Source: Podarcis cretensis (taxonomy: Eukaryota). Taken from it: a stretch of DNA of 64,000 nucleotides. Shown here piece after piece: positions 29,101 through 43,900 of this stretch. The DNA is taken from contig OX638158.1 of assembly GCA_951804945.1 (NCBI GenBank), forward strand, positions 34,782,001 through 34,846,000, in the 5' to 3' direction. The position numbers and the translations under genes are program-made. The notes under the pieces were generated by a model that was not told the origin of the DNA, made no database searches, and saw only the letters and a list, made by a program, of their open reading frames with translations. The number at the start of each line of letters is the position of its first letter. Within the stretch, counting starts at the first letter, position 1.

Positions 29101-32100
29101 GTCAGTGATCCAGAAAAAGGATCCAGCAGACTCTCCTCATGTTCAAAAGCTGGGGAGTGGGGAGTAGAGATGCCCCTTTCACAAGTTTGAAGGAATGTTC
29201 CATAAGGTCACAGTAGGAACCAAAGCAGGTGAAACTCCAGAATTGTCCTTGTTATGTTTCTCTTACGTTCCTACAACTCCCAGCCTTTTTCTTCTTCTTC
29301 ACTGTTCAGAGTCTCAAAAATTGTCAAAGGGAAGAGGAGGAGGACAACAGGTGGAGGTGAATATTTCAGGGCCTGAAACATTTGCAGAGAACATGCCCCT
29401 TGCCCCATTCCAAGTCAGCCCTAATGCTAACTTGAAAATGAAGATGTCAAGAGGATACCGTCATCAATTTACCAGTATATAAATTGTGTTAAATAAACAA
29501 GATGTGTGCTTATCACTGTACCTGTGTATATGGTCCCTATAAACAACCAACATAAACTTTAGATTAAAAGTGCAGCTGACTTATATATATATATATATAC
29601 ACATAGATACATATATACACACACACCTGAGTAGCAGTATAGTAAAGTTATACCACGATCCATTGTTTCATTAAGAAGAAAGTAATTTACCTGGGGCTTC
29701 TGCTCCATATGTGAATGATTTTGAGTAAGAGAGTAGGAGAATATTGGCTCTCAGAGGCCAACCTGAGGATCTGAGGGAACAAAACAGGAGAAAATAAAAT
29801 CTGGGCAAAATATTGAGGCTGTCTTGGTAGAGATGTTTGCAAAAGAAGAAGCATTAGTATACTCACAATTTGCTTCTGAAGTAACAATTTACTGTTTGCA
29901 TTTATCTTCCTTTCACCACAACACTAAGAGCTAAGCCAGGTATTTCTGCCTCCACTAACATCAAGAACAAAACTGCTAATGATGAGTGGAGCCATGAATG
30001 TTGCCGTTATGGCTTCTCTACACCCACCACAGCTAAGGCAGTCTAGCATTAAAGGGACCATCTCCAAGTACCTGAGACAGGTAGACTAGTGAAGAAAGGT
30101 TATAGTCTGAAGGAACCATCATTTTTTCCTGTTACATACTTAGAGGTGAGCCAGCACATGCTCACAGGAGACTTCTTCCTAGTTTTATCTAAAAAGAAGT
30201 ATCCAATATTTGCTTTATGTTTCATTATCTTTGTGAGGCTTGACCAAAGAGTTACTGCAGTGTAGATGGGTGACAGCTTCCACGACCTTAAGAATGTTGT
30301 GGCATGAGAGGGCTCCTGTCATGCATGGCAGATCTGTTCCCACTCTCCCTTGGACCTCAGGCAGTAGGTCTAGCTGTTGTGGCATGCACACTGCCACAGT
30401 ATGGTAACAGAGAGAGAGAGACGAGTGGCGGGTGCCACTCAGTGACACAGTTTCTCTCAACAAAGATGTGGCATTGACTTAGGAACATGTATATCTCACC
30501 CAACAAAATTGAAACTTTACATTTGTCAACTATAAACATGACGTCACATTCAAGTTTTGTGGAGATGATATAGACAAAAGCCTTTAGATTCAATAAAACT
30601 CGTGCTGCTTATGAAAGGACAAACCCAGTTTACATTGTATTTGGATTAAATTTACATACTTCTGGACTGTAGCTTGAGCGGATACACTGTTTATTAATAA
30701 CAATAACAATAACAATAATAATTTATACCCTGCCCACCTGGCTGGGTTTTCCCAGCCACTCTAATAAAATTAGATATTTTGTTCCTAGCATGCCCTCTGT
30801 GCTTTGACCCAAATACCACTTTCACTCCAAAACAAGTCATTTGTGCAGTTTGGAAGATGCTAGAGGACACTTGAGACATGTGCCTAAGTAATGGAAAGCA
30901 AGAAACTCTCCACCTTCACGCTGCCCTTACCTGGGGCCAAACCACCGCATGAAAAACTGCATCAATCTCTTCCACACTAAAGTTGTACGTTTTGAAGTCA
31001 GAGAAAAAGTCTGCTATAAGTTTAAGTCCAAGCCGCCTCAAATTTTTCAGTGGGTTAATTAATTTGAGTTGAATCTGCAAAACAAATCATAACAATGCTG
31101 TGAGGGTCTTTTTTCTTCTTCTTCTTAAGCAAAACATTTAAAGGGCAGCTATTCTTTACCACCTAAGATTTAAAAGACTAGTTACCGAATGTGTCCTCTG
31201 AACTGCAAGCAGTACCCATATGTCTGCATTGCCTCTGTCCGAGTTACACTAATGCTGCATGTCTCTGGAGTATTAATGTAAATTTATATAAAGAACTTTA
31301 ATCCAAAGATCACAGAATGGTTTATAACGTAAGAGCACAAAAGAAATAATAGCCAAAAAAAAAAAAAAACCCAATACATTTTTAAAGTCCATAGATATAT
31401 TGCACAGCAAATAAAGATATTGAGATCTGTTTGCATAGCACGAGAGCGAAAAGCAAGCATGCTGGAGATGACAAGCCCACCTAGGGCCAGCCCAAAAGCT
31501 AGGCGGTGTGAGATAGCTGCCTCAGGCAGCAGGTGCTGAAAGTGGAGACCACCATGAGTACGAATGTAAGATTCAACAGCCAGCCTGGCTAGTTTCTCTA
31601 TGTGAGATCTGCATGGCAAGGAAGCATCTTAACCTCAAGTAGCAATTTGTTAGCCAACCCTGTGTCCACAAGAAAAAAAAATCTACCCCAAATGAGAACT
31701 GTAGGAAATAGTAACCCCACACCTCCATTTATAACTATACAAAGTTAACATTTAACATAGACAGTAGTATTAGTAGGCAATAAATGACTAATGTGTTTTG
31801 AAAAAGACCCAGTAGAATATAAATGAGGCTCTTAATTGGCATTTATTTCCTCACTAGATAATGAAGTGTTAAATTAAGTTTAACAAATGGCAACGCTGAA
31901 AAAAATATTTGTGAAGCCTGGAGTTACTGAATTACAGCTTTTCGTCTCAAGAGTTAGTGAATAACTTCATGTGCAAAACTAATTACCATGAACTTCAGCA
32001 ACACTGCTGTCAAAATGATTGCTTTGAGCTCAGTCTGAAAGTCTGCATGTCCATGGAGTGCAATATTGTACATCAGATCTTGCACTGTGACTTTTCTGGG

Positions 32101-35100
32101 TGTTGCTCTTTTTGAACTTCCTGGCTACAGTAAGAGGCAATGGCGGACTTGCAAGTCACATTAAGCCAAACTATAGTCTGATGTGAAAAAGCAACATGCA
32201 GGTGCACATTACTCAAAAATTTCCATGGTAATCCTTTCCCACTCCTGCTGCCATCATGCTGTGGCTGAAATAAACCAGAGTTTGGCTTGTTGCACTGGCC
32301 AAACCCAGGCTCATGGTATGTTTCTCTCCAAACAAGCCACACGTATTAAACCCAAAATAAACCTTGGTTACAAACCACAAGCCCAGCTTCAAATGACACA
32401 AGCCAAACTCCGGCTTGTTTTGTACACAACAGGGCAGCAGCAGGAGCAGTGAAGGAGAACTGGAATTTTATACCTCTCTCCTCAATTGCATTTAAGGACA
32501 AATGAAATCCTTTCATATTCTTTTAGTTTGGAGGGAGGTAAAATACAGGATTGCCCTCTCTCTCATGAATATTTGATTTATATTTGGAACCACCGGTATG
32601 GGCAACTGGAACAGAATAGGGCGATTTATGGTTTCGTTTACGAGCAAGTGGAATTTAAATTAGCTTTACATGCAGATTATTTATTACTCATAACTAGTAT
32701 TTATGTAAAGAATTAATAACAACTGATAGAATTTTAAGGCATACAATTAATTGGTTAAAATCTGCATTAATGCCAGTGGACGTCAAAGCATAAAAGACTA
32801 AGCGTGGTCAGAGAAAATTGTTCATGAGGAACTCTCCTTGGTCCTGAAATGAGCAACGTGCCTTGCTCTATCATGCCCCATGGGCTTCTCATCAGAAACA
32901 GAACAGAACGCATACACAGGAGCAAATTTCTCACCTTTTCCCGTTCCTGAAGAATGTGGGATACTGTTGTCATCATGCAAAGTAAAATCTGCAAAATCTC
33001 GGGCAGGTACTGGCTGATCAGATGCCCCATGTTTTTCAGAACTACTTCCAGGCTGTTGAAAAGGCTATGCTGCCGACCCAGAGGCAAGACTCGAGATAAA
33101 TCGAGTTCTTCCCGTGCTTGGAGCACTGCAGAGAGGCAATCTCCTACCAAAAGCAAAAAGGAGAAATGGGGTGGGTGGGAGGTGGAAACAGTAGTATCAT
33201 CTTGGTAATAACGCTACAGAGATTGAAGGTACTGTTCAGTTTTGGTAGGTGCATTTCAAGATGGACTATCCCACTCCTAAAGATACAGAAATTAGCAAAT
33301 CAATAATGCCTAGGCTTCTGTTGCAATGCTATACCCAATTTTAAGAACCAAATTCTAGGGAAAAGCAGGAGAAGCAACATATGGTTTAGAGGGCAAAAAT
33401 TAGAATGACCCCTTAATGGATGATTTTTGCCCTTGGGAGCTAAATCCCACTAAACATAGTGCTGCTTACACTCAAGTAAGCATTTAGAGTATTGCACTTT
33501 AAGAGATTTTTGGTTTTCACAAACAAGATGAAGAACTAATGTTCCCCCTATTACTAAATGTAAAAACAGGGTCACAAGGAATGTTCAGTGGCTAAAAAAC
33601 ACACTTAAGACAAAAGAGATCACAGTTCAATGTAATGCAGACTCTATATGTAAAAAGTAAAGGTAAAGGACCCCTGGACAGTTAAGTCCAGTCAAAGGTG
33701 ACTATAGGGTTGCAGCGCTCATCTCACTTTCAGGCCGAGGGAGCTGGTGTTTGTCCACAGACAGCTTGACTAAACTGCTTCTGGTGCAATGGAACACTGT
33801 GATGAAAACCAGAGCGCACGGAAACGCCGTTTACCTTCTCACCGCAGCAGTACCTATTTATCTACTTGCACTAGTGTGCTTTTGAACTCCTAGGCTGGCA
33901 GAACCTGAGACGGAGCAAAGTGAACTCATCCCATTGCAAAGATTTGAACCAGATTAAAATATTCTCAAGAACCACCCAAAACAAATATTGCAAATAAATC
34001 AGCTGCCCGAGGAATCATCTCCCAATTTTCCCCCTAATTTTCCAATCAAAATCAGCAATCCATTCTCCTTAAAACTCTCAATCCAACTCTCAAAGCTGCT
34101 TCATTATCACGCATGATGTCCAGATACATGGTTTTAACACTGAAGCATGTTAGACATGCAACAAAAGACCGTATTTTACAGTTCAGGCTATAAGCTACGA
34201 AGAAGCAACAAAATATTACAGTGTATCGTCACCTAGCGTACTCCTTTACTATTGGGCCCTTCCTAGCTTCAATCCTGTTGGGCTCTTACTGGCCACGTTC
34301 GCCATTAGATAAAAGGTTTCTCATGTACAAGCCATACCATTGCCAAAGTGCTTCACAGGCTCAAATAGTAGATCCAGGAACATCCTAATCTCTTCAGGCA
34401 GTGAGCCAGCAAGGAATCTCAAAACAATAGCCATGCGTGTCCCAGCGGCTGACTTCCCCTGTGTTTTGCTTCCAGTTTTATTTCTCATCCGTCCATACAG
34501 AATCCTTCCAATACCAAAAATAAAGTTATTATTATTTTCACAGGTTACCAGCCTGCATACAGAAGACTTGGTCCATTGGACCTGTTGACCTTTTCTTTTC
34601 TTACATAGAAAAGAACTATTACACAGACTTTGAGAATGCTTCCAAGTTGCCAGAATTGCAATCATAATTTTGGCTGCAAAATGAGAGCTATCATAACCCA
34701 CACGCTCCCGCCATTTCGTTTTGATTTTTGCCTGTCCTACCCTCCCAGCAACCCTGTTAGGTAAGTGAAACCAGCTAGTGATGACTGGCCCAAGGCTACC
34801 CAATGAACTTCATGACAGACTTGGTATTTGAATCCAGACCTCCCTAGCCCTAGTTCAGGACACTACTTTGGCTCCCAACTGACGCAATTTCCCAGTGACT
34901 TGATTGGAAAGTTTCTTAACCATTTGGAAGAACTCCAATGAATAAGGACTCACTTAACTTACAGAAGACAGTTTTCCACACACACAAAAAAAGTGGCTTA
35001 AGTAACCCATAGAGTATTTGGAATTCACAGTGAAACCTGAGAAGCAGGTCAAAAAATCCAACCATCTTCCTGTTGAAGTAGGCCCATACATTGTCATATT

Positions 35101-37871
35101 TCATTTGTAAAGACCCATAAGGAACCTATACAGACTTGATTTCTAAGTTAATATACAGAAGCGCCTTAACCTCATTAGAACAGGAACAAGCTCTGGCCGG
35201 TGCAGTGCCTTTACTGTGGTGTTTTCTTCAGAAATGCTGAAATGAACTATTTCTTCCTTAAAGCTCTTGTCTTCCAGCAGCCGTTCCAAGTTCTCTCTGT
35301 AAGTAGATAATGCAAGATTAAGAAGAAGATTCTCTACGCAAGATCTTAGAAAACAAAGGCACAGATCCTAGAAACAAATTATGTTTATGCTTGGTGAAGA
35401 GAACGCACCATTTGCTCTGGCCATGATATATTCTTCCTATATGATGGCTGAAGCAAAACAAACAGCCAAATCAAACTGAGGATGCAATCTAGCGCAGTGT
35501 TTCCCAACCTTGGGCCTCCATGGGAGTTGTAGTCCCAAAACAGCTGGAGGCCCAAGGTTGGGAAACACTGATCTAGCGAGAGTTCCTCCACCAACTGAAG
35601 GCATCCATTAACGCAACAGGGATGGAAAGAATTCCCAGCAACTCCTCCCCTGCCCTTCTTGCATCACGCTGTCTCCCCACCAGCTCCAGAGGATTGAGGA
35701 ACCCCTGGAGCAGAATTTGGGCAGCTAAGAGGGAGGGGCTAATGTCTTCCATCAGCAGAGCAATACCCACTGAATCCCACCCATAGAACTTCTTACCGGT
35801 ATGGCAGTAAGTGTGGATGCTTGTAAGTCATGATACAGTCAAGAGCTACTTTTTGCACACTCTGGTCTTGATGAGACAGCAGCTGAAGATAATGTTTTAG
35901 AAGAAATAAGTCAGAAGAAAGCACACATAGGCCAGATTCCAACTTATATTGCTTTAGTAAATCCCCTCTCCCCATAGGCTTTTATTTTTCTGAGATTTAT
36001 CTTGTGCCCAGTCACACTTCATCCCTTTGGCTGGCCTGACAAAGAGGAACAGGACAGGAGAGAGGTAAACAAAGCTGCCTGCAGTCATTTGCCTTAATTT
36101 TGCAAGATGCTTAAGAGGTTTATTCTACAATCAAGCAGTATGTAATATTTGTGCAATAAATAAATAATAAAATACATGATTATTGGGGAGCAGCCCCTCC
36201 ACAAACACAGTAAGAAAATTTGAGAAGCCCTGGCCTTACACAGAGATACTAAACAGAACACAATTTCCACTAATCCTTAACATTGTCCATCATTCCAATT
36301 GTAGGAATTTAACTCTGTTAAAAAGCTTAAGAAACTCATTTATTCAGAATTTTTCAAGAACAACAACAGAAAGACAGTTTAGTAGCAAACATTGGTGCAG
36401 GTTAATCAGGGATGACATCCACAATACCACATTGGCAAACTTAACTGCTTCAAAAGATAACATATATTTTGCACAAGCATGCAAAAGGGATAAATAGCAA
36501 GTTCTACCAAAACATTTTGAAATTGGCATGGTCCTTGCAGGTCAACAACTACACACACATCTAAACAAAATTAAAAAGAAGCTCAGAAGTTTCACCTGAG
36601 TGTATATTTCATTCAATTTTGCTTCTAAATACAATGCACGTGGATTTGAAAATTGGGCAAACAGTTGCAAGTGGGTGATGAGCTGTCTGAAAAACAAATT
36701 GGAACACAGAAGTTAACAGCAGAAAGCAATTGTTCTGAGTCATCATTAAAAAATTTGATTTTCGGTAATGATTTAAAAGAAAAAGAAGTAAGTCTACTGA
36801 AGCATGTTCAAAGGCTGTTGAAAGCTAATAAAAAGCAGGGTTTTCAATACAAGTGTATCACTCAGAAGCTCATCTTCCCTTTGCTGAAAGGAGGAAGAGG
36901 AGAATTTGGGAGAGAAGTTGTAATAAGTCATCCTAGTGATAAAAAAAGTAGGCAGAATTGATCCAAATCCCCAGCTTCTAGCCATTCACAAATTGACTCA
37001 GCTTCTCATACTATCCTCACCCAATGATCTTTACTTCTTCACACTTCACAATAAACCATGGTTTGCGGCTTACCATGGTTTACCATGATCAAGCAATATG
37101 GTTGTGTACACCACCAATCTTTCCTGCTTCACTCATCCCCTGGCACAAGAGGAACAACTAGGAAACCACTGTTAAGCTTGGCCTCCTGTTACATCCAAGT
37201 ACATGGCAACTTCCAGTTAGCCTTAAACCATGGCTTGTTGCTGACATGGATTGTGGGCAGTCCCAGGTTCAGATGGAATGTAAAGTCAAGCTAAATTGTG
37301 GCTTCCTGGTTAATTTCTTCTGCTCCCACCAAAGGAGGAGTGGAACAGGACCTATTAGACAGTGTGCAACAGTGTAAAGCCATGAGCCAGAAATCATGCT
37401 TATCATGATGAGTGAACACAGCCTGAATCGAAAGAATATGCACGTCATAGAAAAATTGTTATGTTTATATAATGCTATGGCTGCATACATTTGCTCTGCA
37501 AGTGCAGCACAACCTTTAGAGCTAAAGTTAATTATGAAGACTTACTACTTGTGAGGCCGTTACTTTGTGTAACAGGCCATTTTCTCAAGGATAGAACAGC
37601 CCCTCAAGAAAACAGGAGTTGGTTGTCTCTGTCATAAACCTGCCACAATCTATGTGCACCAGAAAGTAAAGAATTTATGCTCTAAAGTTAAACAATAGTG
37701 GAAGGACACTGACAGAGAAATGACCCTGGGGTCAACCTTCACTAAAGATTCATTAACACTTGGCCCATAAATCTTTTACTTCTGGAGTTACTGAGATAGG
37801 TATTTTAAAAATTCCATTGAGGAACAAGAATTTTTGAGGCTGGAGTTCTGTCACAATCAAGAACAGCATTC

Positions 37872-37920
<49 letters not shown>

Positions 37921-40900
37921 CTCTCTCAATCCTGGCCTACAATTCTCAACAGATAATCATAGAATCAAAGAATTGTAGTGTTGGAAGGGACCCTGAGGAT
38001 CATCTAGTCCAACCCCCTGCAATGCAGAAATATGCAGCTATCCCATACGGGGATCAAACCTGCAACCTTGGTGTTATCAGCACCATGCTCTAACCAACAA
38101 ATGCAGAATTTTAGCACTACAGCAATGACCAGCCAGAACCAACCATGATTTGCAATCTTTCCATCACTGAAAGACCTTTTGTTCTTTGTTTCATAGCGTG
38201 ATTAGTATGTTCTCTTGTTACATAAGAGGTGGGGATCTTTTTATAGTTTGTGGGCTATATTATGGAGCTGTTTGAAAGCCCTCTGGAAGCAGCCTTGGAC
38301 TGCCCCTTTCAACCTTCAATTTTTGATGGGCCATTCATGGGGGAGCAAGAACCACAAGTCAAATTACATTCAAAAGTGATCTTCTTCACCTTACACGTAC
38401 ACTATGTAGAAGAATATAAGTTTCACCACCCCAGCCCTCCTCTTACCAACCTGATCTTCTCCAATATTTGTGGGACAGAAAGTTTTCCTTCCCTGTAATT
38501 AAGTAAAGCTTACTTTGACGCAGCTCTTCTAGTCTTCTTTTTTGGCATCTCTTCCATCACTGGCTCTTCAGAAGTCTCTTTCTCTTCCTCATTCTCATCC
38601 TCATCCTTCTCATCATCTTTCATGGTTGTTGCATCTCCTTCCATGGTGAGGTCTCGTTTTACACTGCTACTGCTTTTCTTTCTAAGGTCTTGTGCTGGAG
38701 CTACTAGTGAATCTGCAGGATAGTATTCGTTGCTGTAAAAAGAAAAGCAAGAAAACAAAAAAGGGATGGGCTGGAACAGGGGTCAGCAATCTAAGGCCCA
38801 TGGGCCAGAAGTGGCCCGTGGAGGTCGTTTGACTGGCCCATGAGCCGCCCCTGAACTGAGTTGCCCGCTCGCGCGCTGCGCTAAACCGGCGCAGCATGGC
38901 ACAGGGATTCGCTTCTTCAGTGCCGGAAATCGCATCTGCGCACATGCAGATGCTGAAAATCGTGGGCACGCTCGCTCACACACACGCACAATCCGGCTCA
39001 CAGAGAGATCTCCGCAGGACCGATCCAGCCCAGGCAAGATAAACCTTGCCACCCCCTGGGCTAGAACTCCTGCAGCCTGTTTCTAGATAGGCCTTCCTGC
39101 CTGTTGCTTCTCTCTTTTCAATTTATTCAAATGTCTCGGTAAAAATATATATTTCATGTTGTGATTACCTCACACGTCCCTCTCCTTAAGTCTCCACACA
39201 GGCTCCCTGTTATTTTATGCCCCAACCTCAAGCTCCTACTGCTTATATTTAATACTGACATTTAGCTACCTTTACAGCCTCTTTCCAGAAGTTGTTTGCC
39301 TGGTGGTGCAGAGCCACAGTGTTTATTTTCCAGATGGTGTGTTGCTGCCACTCGCCCACTGACCTCTCACCATCATGTCTTCCATTAAGTGGTAGCAAAA
39401 CACCTGTTGGGGAGCTAGTGTTGCAGCTCCTCCCAACCAGGTAGGCCCTGTTTGTGTGTCTGTCTCTCATCAACTCATGGAAGTTACTAGAACCTTCTAT
39501 TTTCTGTTGTTCTATTCTTTCCTCTGTCTGGAATGCCCTCCCAAACCACCTCCCTTTTCTCCAACCATTTTTATCTACCAGAAATTATGTGCAGATGATG
39601 GCTAGGGCTAAGCTAATTTCTCGCTAAGTTTTGAGAATTATTAGTGTACACACACACACACATGCACACTCACACAAACGCACATGTCTGCACACAAATA
39701 TAAAGTGATCCCTGAAGTTGTCTTAAAAATTACACAGGTACTTTCGATAGCATTTAAAACCAGTACTCAAAAATTATTCCCTCTCTGGCCCACCCTCGGT
39801 GAAAATACTCACGTAATAAACCTTAAGAGAAGTGGAGAGAGTTCTCTAGACCTGGGCTCCACTCTGTCCGGAAATTTTGACATTGCCTTCCAAAGCAACA
39901 GCCTAAAATTCGCGTGATCTGTCCTCTCACTGCAGCATGTCTGACATTTCAGCTGCTCAATATACAAAGTTCTGGCGTCTCTTCCATGGATTTCTTCTCC
40001 TTGAGCATCCATAATGTCCCACTGATCTTCTTCCAGCTCATTATGTAGCTCTCTCTCTAGAGAAAAAGCAAAAATAAAATTATATTTTATTACTCTTTAG
40101 TAATAAAGCTTCTGATCATGTATTAGTACAAGGCCTTAAGTTCTATTTACTCTTTTGAAGGCACTGCGGCTAATACAGCACCCCGCTGCTCTTGGAGGGT
40201 ATGTCATTAAAAAGTGAGAGAACAGATTTATTAGAAAATGTTCCAACAAGCTGATGCAGCTATAGTTAAGACAAGTGGAGCCTAGGGGCTGGGCAATGTT
40301 GGGTTTTCAACAACGCAGAGTATCACCAGCCAAACATCGCAGTTTGGCGATATACCATGATGTTTTAAAAAGCTGCATTGGCCCCAGCCGGTAAGATGCC
40401 AGGTGAAACTGCAGCAGCTCTTATCGTGGGAGCTGAGGCACTTTTACCCCAGCACCTCACAAGCTGTGGCCCCTTGAGAGACCCACAGCTTTTCACCCCA
40501 TGTATAAAGCTTGCTGAATGTCTTCAAGCACACATAACATTTGTATAGAGCAAAGGTAGCTATCATGGTCTCCTCCAGGTGCTGTGGGACTACCATCAGC
40601 ATGGCCAATGGTCAAGGAAGGAGAAGCCTTGCTCCCACCACTGCATGTAGCCTCTCTATGCCTTGAAGTTGGACCAGTGAAAACCACTAGTTTCTTTTCT
40701 TAGGAAAAACAAAAAGCAGCAAAAGGAAGAGAGGAAACAACTTTGAGACACTTGAACACCTCCTATTCTGGGGCCGAGAATGGAGTGGGAGACGAGAGAG
40801 AAAAAAACTCTTCTGAACTGTATGAAGTAAAAAACCCCTAGATTTAGTTCATGAGCAGCTCTGATCTTGGCTGGACTATTATGAAGCCATTAAAGTTGCT

Positions 40901-43900
40901 TTCTCTTACCAGCATAAATGACGGCCTTTTCCAAATGTTCGAAGTAAACTTTCCAAAACTGTTTGTTTTCCATTTCATTTGCATGAGAGCTAATTTAAAA
41001 AAAATAAAGGGAGGGATGTAAAATTGGGCAACTATAAACTATAAACTAAAACTACAAATACTACTAGCATAAAAGAAGAAAAATAATACCAGTCAACTAG
41101 GAGTTGGCAAAGAAAGTATATAGCACTGCATTTCTATGCTGGGCATAGACGAGAGAGCTGTTGATCCCTCCTCTGTGCCCAGCATAGAAACCAAAGTACT
41201 CCATTACTCCTCTGCCGGCCCACTCACTCCCCAGCATGGAATATCATGCACTACTGCTTGCAGATCTTGGTCAGCTAGCTCTACCAAGATAGTGCATAAA
41301 AACAAGGCTGTCCTATTTGGTTCACTGACACTATTAAGGATCTACAGCTTTCTGATATTAGATGATAGGGCTTCCTTCTGGTCATGTGAGAATCCAAAAG
41401 TGTTTTACAAAATGTTTGCAAAGCAGAAGACTAAATCTTGTAAATCAAGCAGTGGCCCTTCAGATGTTGATAGGCCCCAATTCCCTTCAGTCCCAGCCAG
41501 CATAGCCAATGGTCAGGGATGATGCGAGCTGGAGTCAAACAAAATCTGGAAGGCCAGACGTCTCCTATTCCTGTCATAAATATACACTCCTATATGGGAT
41601 AGTCATTCTCTTCATTATATGGGAAGCCTGGAATCAAATTTTAACTCAGCCATTGCTTTACTAGTGGGCTTCAACAGCCCATTCTGCTTCAGGTTCAGTT
41701 AATAATGTGTAAAATGAGAACATTGCAAACTTATATTTATGAATAAAATAAAGAAATGTTTTGCACTATAAGCCTTAGGAAGCAGGGAGGACATTTTCTA
41801 AAATAAGGAATGAATTTGACCCAAATGCATGAAGATGCAAACCATTCACTTTTAAAACAGGACATTCAGCAATCCAACCAGAAATATGCCTTGCAATTAA
41901 TTTAATTTCCCCACCTATCAAAATACACATAGAAATCTCACCCAGATCTATTTTATATTTTATTTGTTTATACAGTTTTTATTATTCAGGAGTGGGAGGA
42001 AATACTTACGCTATAAGCTCAATCACAGGAACCCACAACGGATTGAAGTTGATATAAAGCATTCCCAGTAAATACCGAAGAGGCACCTAGGATAATATTT
42101 CAGTATGGGGTTTTTTTTGTATCTTTAAACCATCGTTAATACACTTATTAGTGGTACTTATTCTCACAAAACCAAACATTTCCATTTAACATTTACAATC
42201 GTGTTAATTTACCTGGTCCCTGTAAAAGCTCTAGTAACTCAATTGTTCTAGTAAATCAAAAAGTTTCCTCTCATTCTACTGTCACAAAGGAGGAAAAGCC
42301 TCAGAATATTAAGCCTGGAGCATTCTCAATGGCCTGCTTCATTGCAATGGTTTCCCAAAACACATCTCCTTGTGTTTTGTAACAATACGTAAATGAATTA
42401 TCCGTCTCCTCCTATAGCAGTGGGTGACAAAGTTCTTTAGGATGCCACTGCAAAGAAGGAAAAGCATGAACTGGCCTTCAATAGGTGCTTGGTGCATGGA
42501 GACGCACTAGGTGTATTTTCAATTCCCCTCCACACATAGAAGAAACACAGAAAGGGGGATTCGAATCATTCTTTCTGTCTTTTCAAAAAGAAAAATAGTA
42601 CATACAGTGAAAACAGGCTGGAGGTACATAGGTTTGCACTAGCCATTGAGAATTCTATTGCATCAGGTTTCCTGGCAGCACATGTAATTGTACAAGTTCC
42701 TCTGAAAATGTGTGGAAGTCAGAGGGTGGGGTCCAGGAGACCTATGGAGATCTTGCTTCCCCCCTCCATGCATTACATCTACAGATGAAGGATAGGCAAG
42801 GCTAGATCTAGTGAAGTACTGCATCAAACCCATCCCTTGTAGTCTGTGCAATATACAGACCCTCCCTCTGGCCAGTTATGACACCTGGCATTATGCTAAT
42901 GGACTAAAGACAACATTTGGGACATATCAGAAAGACAAGCTAATATTTTACAGATGCAAAAAGTAAACTTGGAGAACAGTAAAGGGAAACCAGTTTTTCT
43001 TCAAAAGAAAAACAAGAGAGAACCCTCTTCAGCTGTAAAAGCACGGCTGCTAACAGAAACAAATCTCCCTTAATAGTTTTCATTTGCTTAGCACCAGCCA
43101 ATTCAGAAATATAATTCACTGCCCAGTTTTACATAGACAGGGGCTCCCCCATGTTCTTAAACAAAGGAGAAAAATAGGGCCACCTTTCTTCTGTGCATGA
43201 CACGCAGGACCTGGATCTCAGCCACTACAGCTAATTTCTTTCTTGAAACCAGTTATCAAAACGCCCACATGTTGTTAAGCCTATTATGATGAAGTACAAA
43301 AGGAAACTCAGTCTGTACGTGACCTTGTTTAGCAAGAAGGGAAAAGCTGTAGCATGTCCTTCAAGAATGACATATTACCTCCTGTAAAGGTCTCGCAGGG
43401 GTTAGGGATTGGACTGCATCATGCCTCAGCTTCCTTAAGTGGAGCAGTTTCTCACGATAATCATTGATGCTTGCTGGCACAAGTTCAGCTTGAAGCAATA
43501 TGGCAAATACAGACTGCAGTACCCCCACGCCCATATCCTTAACAAAAGCAAAAGAGACAGCTGGTGTTACAAGATTTATATAAAACAAAGCTTCGTGGAA
43601 TCTTACGAGTTCCCTCACAGCTGTTAGAAGTCAGCTGAGGATCAAATATACCGTATTCACTCGAATTTAATGTGCACCATTTTTGGCCAAATTACGTTGT
43701 GCATTAGATTTGATGGCGCATTAGATTTGACTGCAAGCTTGAAAAAAACTGCTTACATAGCAAATACTTTTTTGGTTTCAAGGTTTTGAACATTGAAGTG
43801 AGCATTAGATTTGATGGTGCATTAAGATTCACATAAATATGGTATCAAAAAATGTACAGCAAAAACGGCAAGACAGTAAGAAAACAACAACACACCCAGT

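Noticed and set aside
38040-38098. Functional tRNA-Ile gene
   Set aside because: 5' acceptor and D-arm start missing, mismatched stems, fused to a CR1 tail; it is a SINE head
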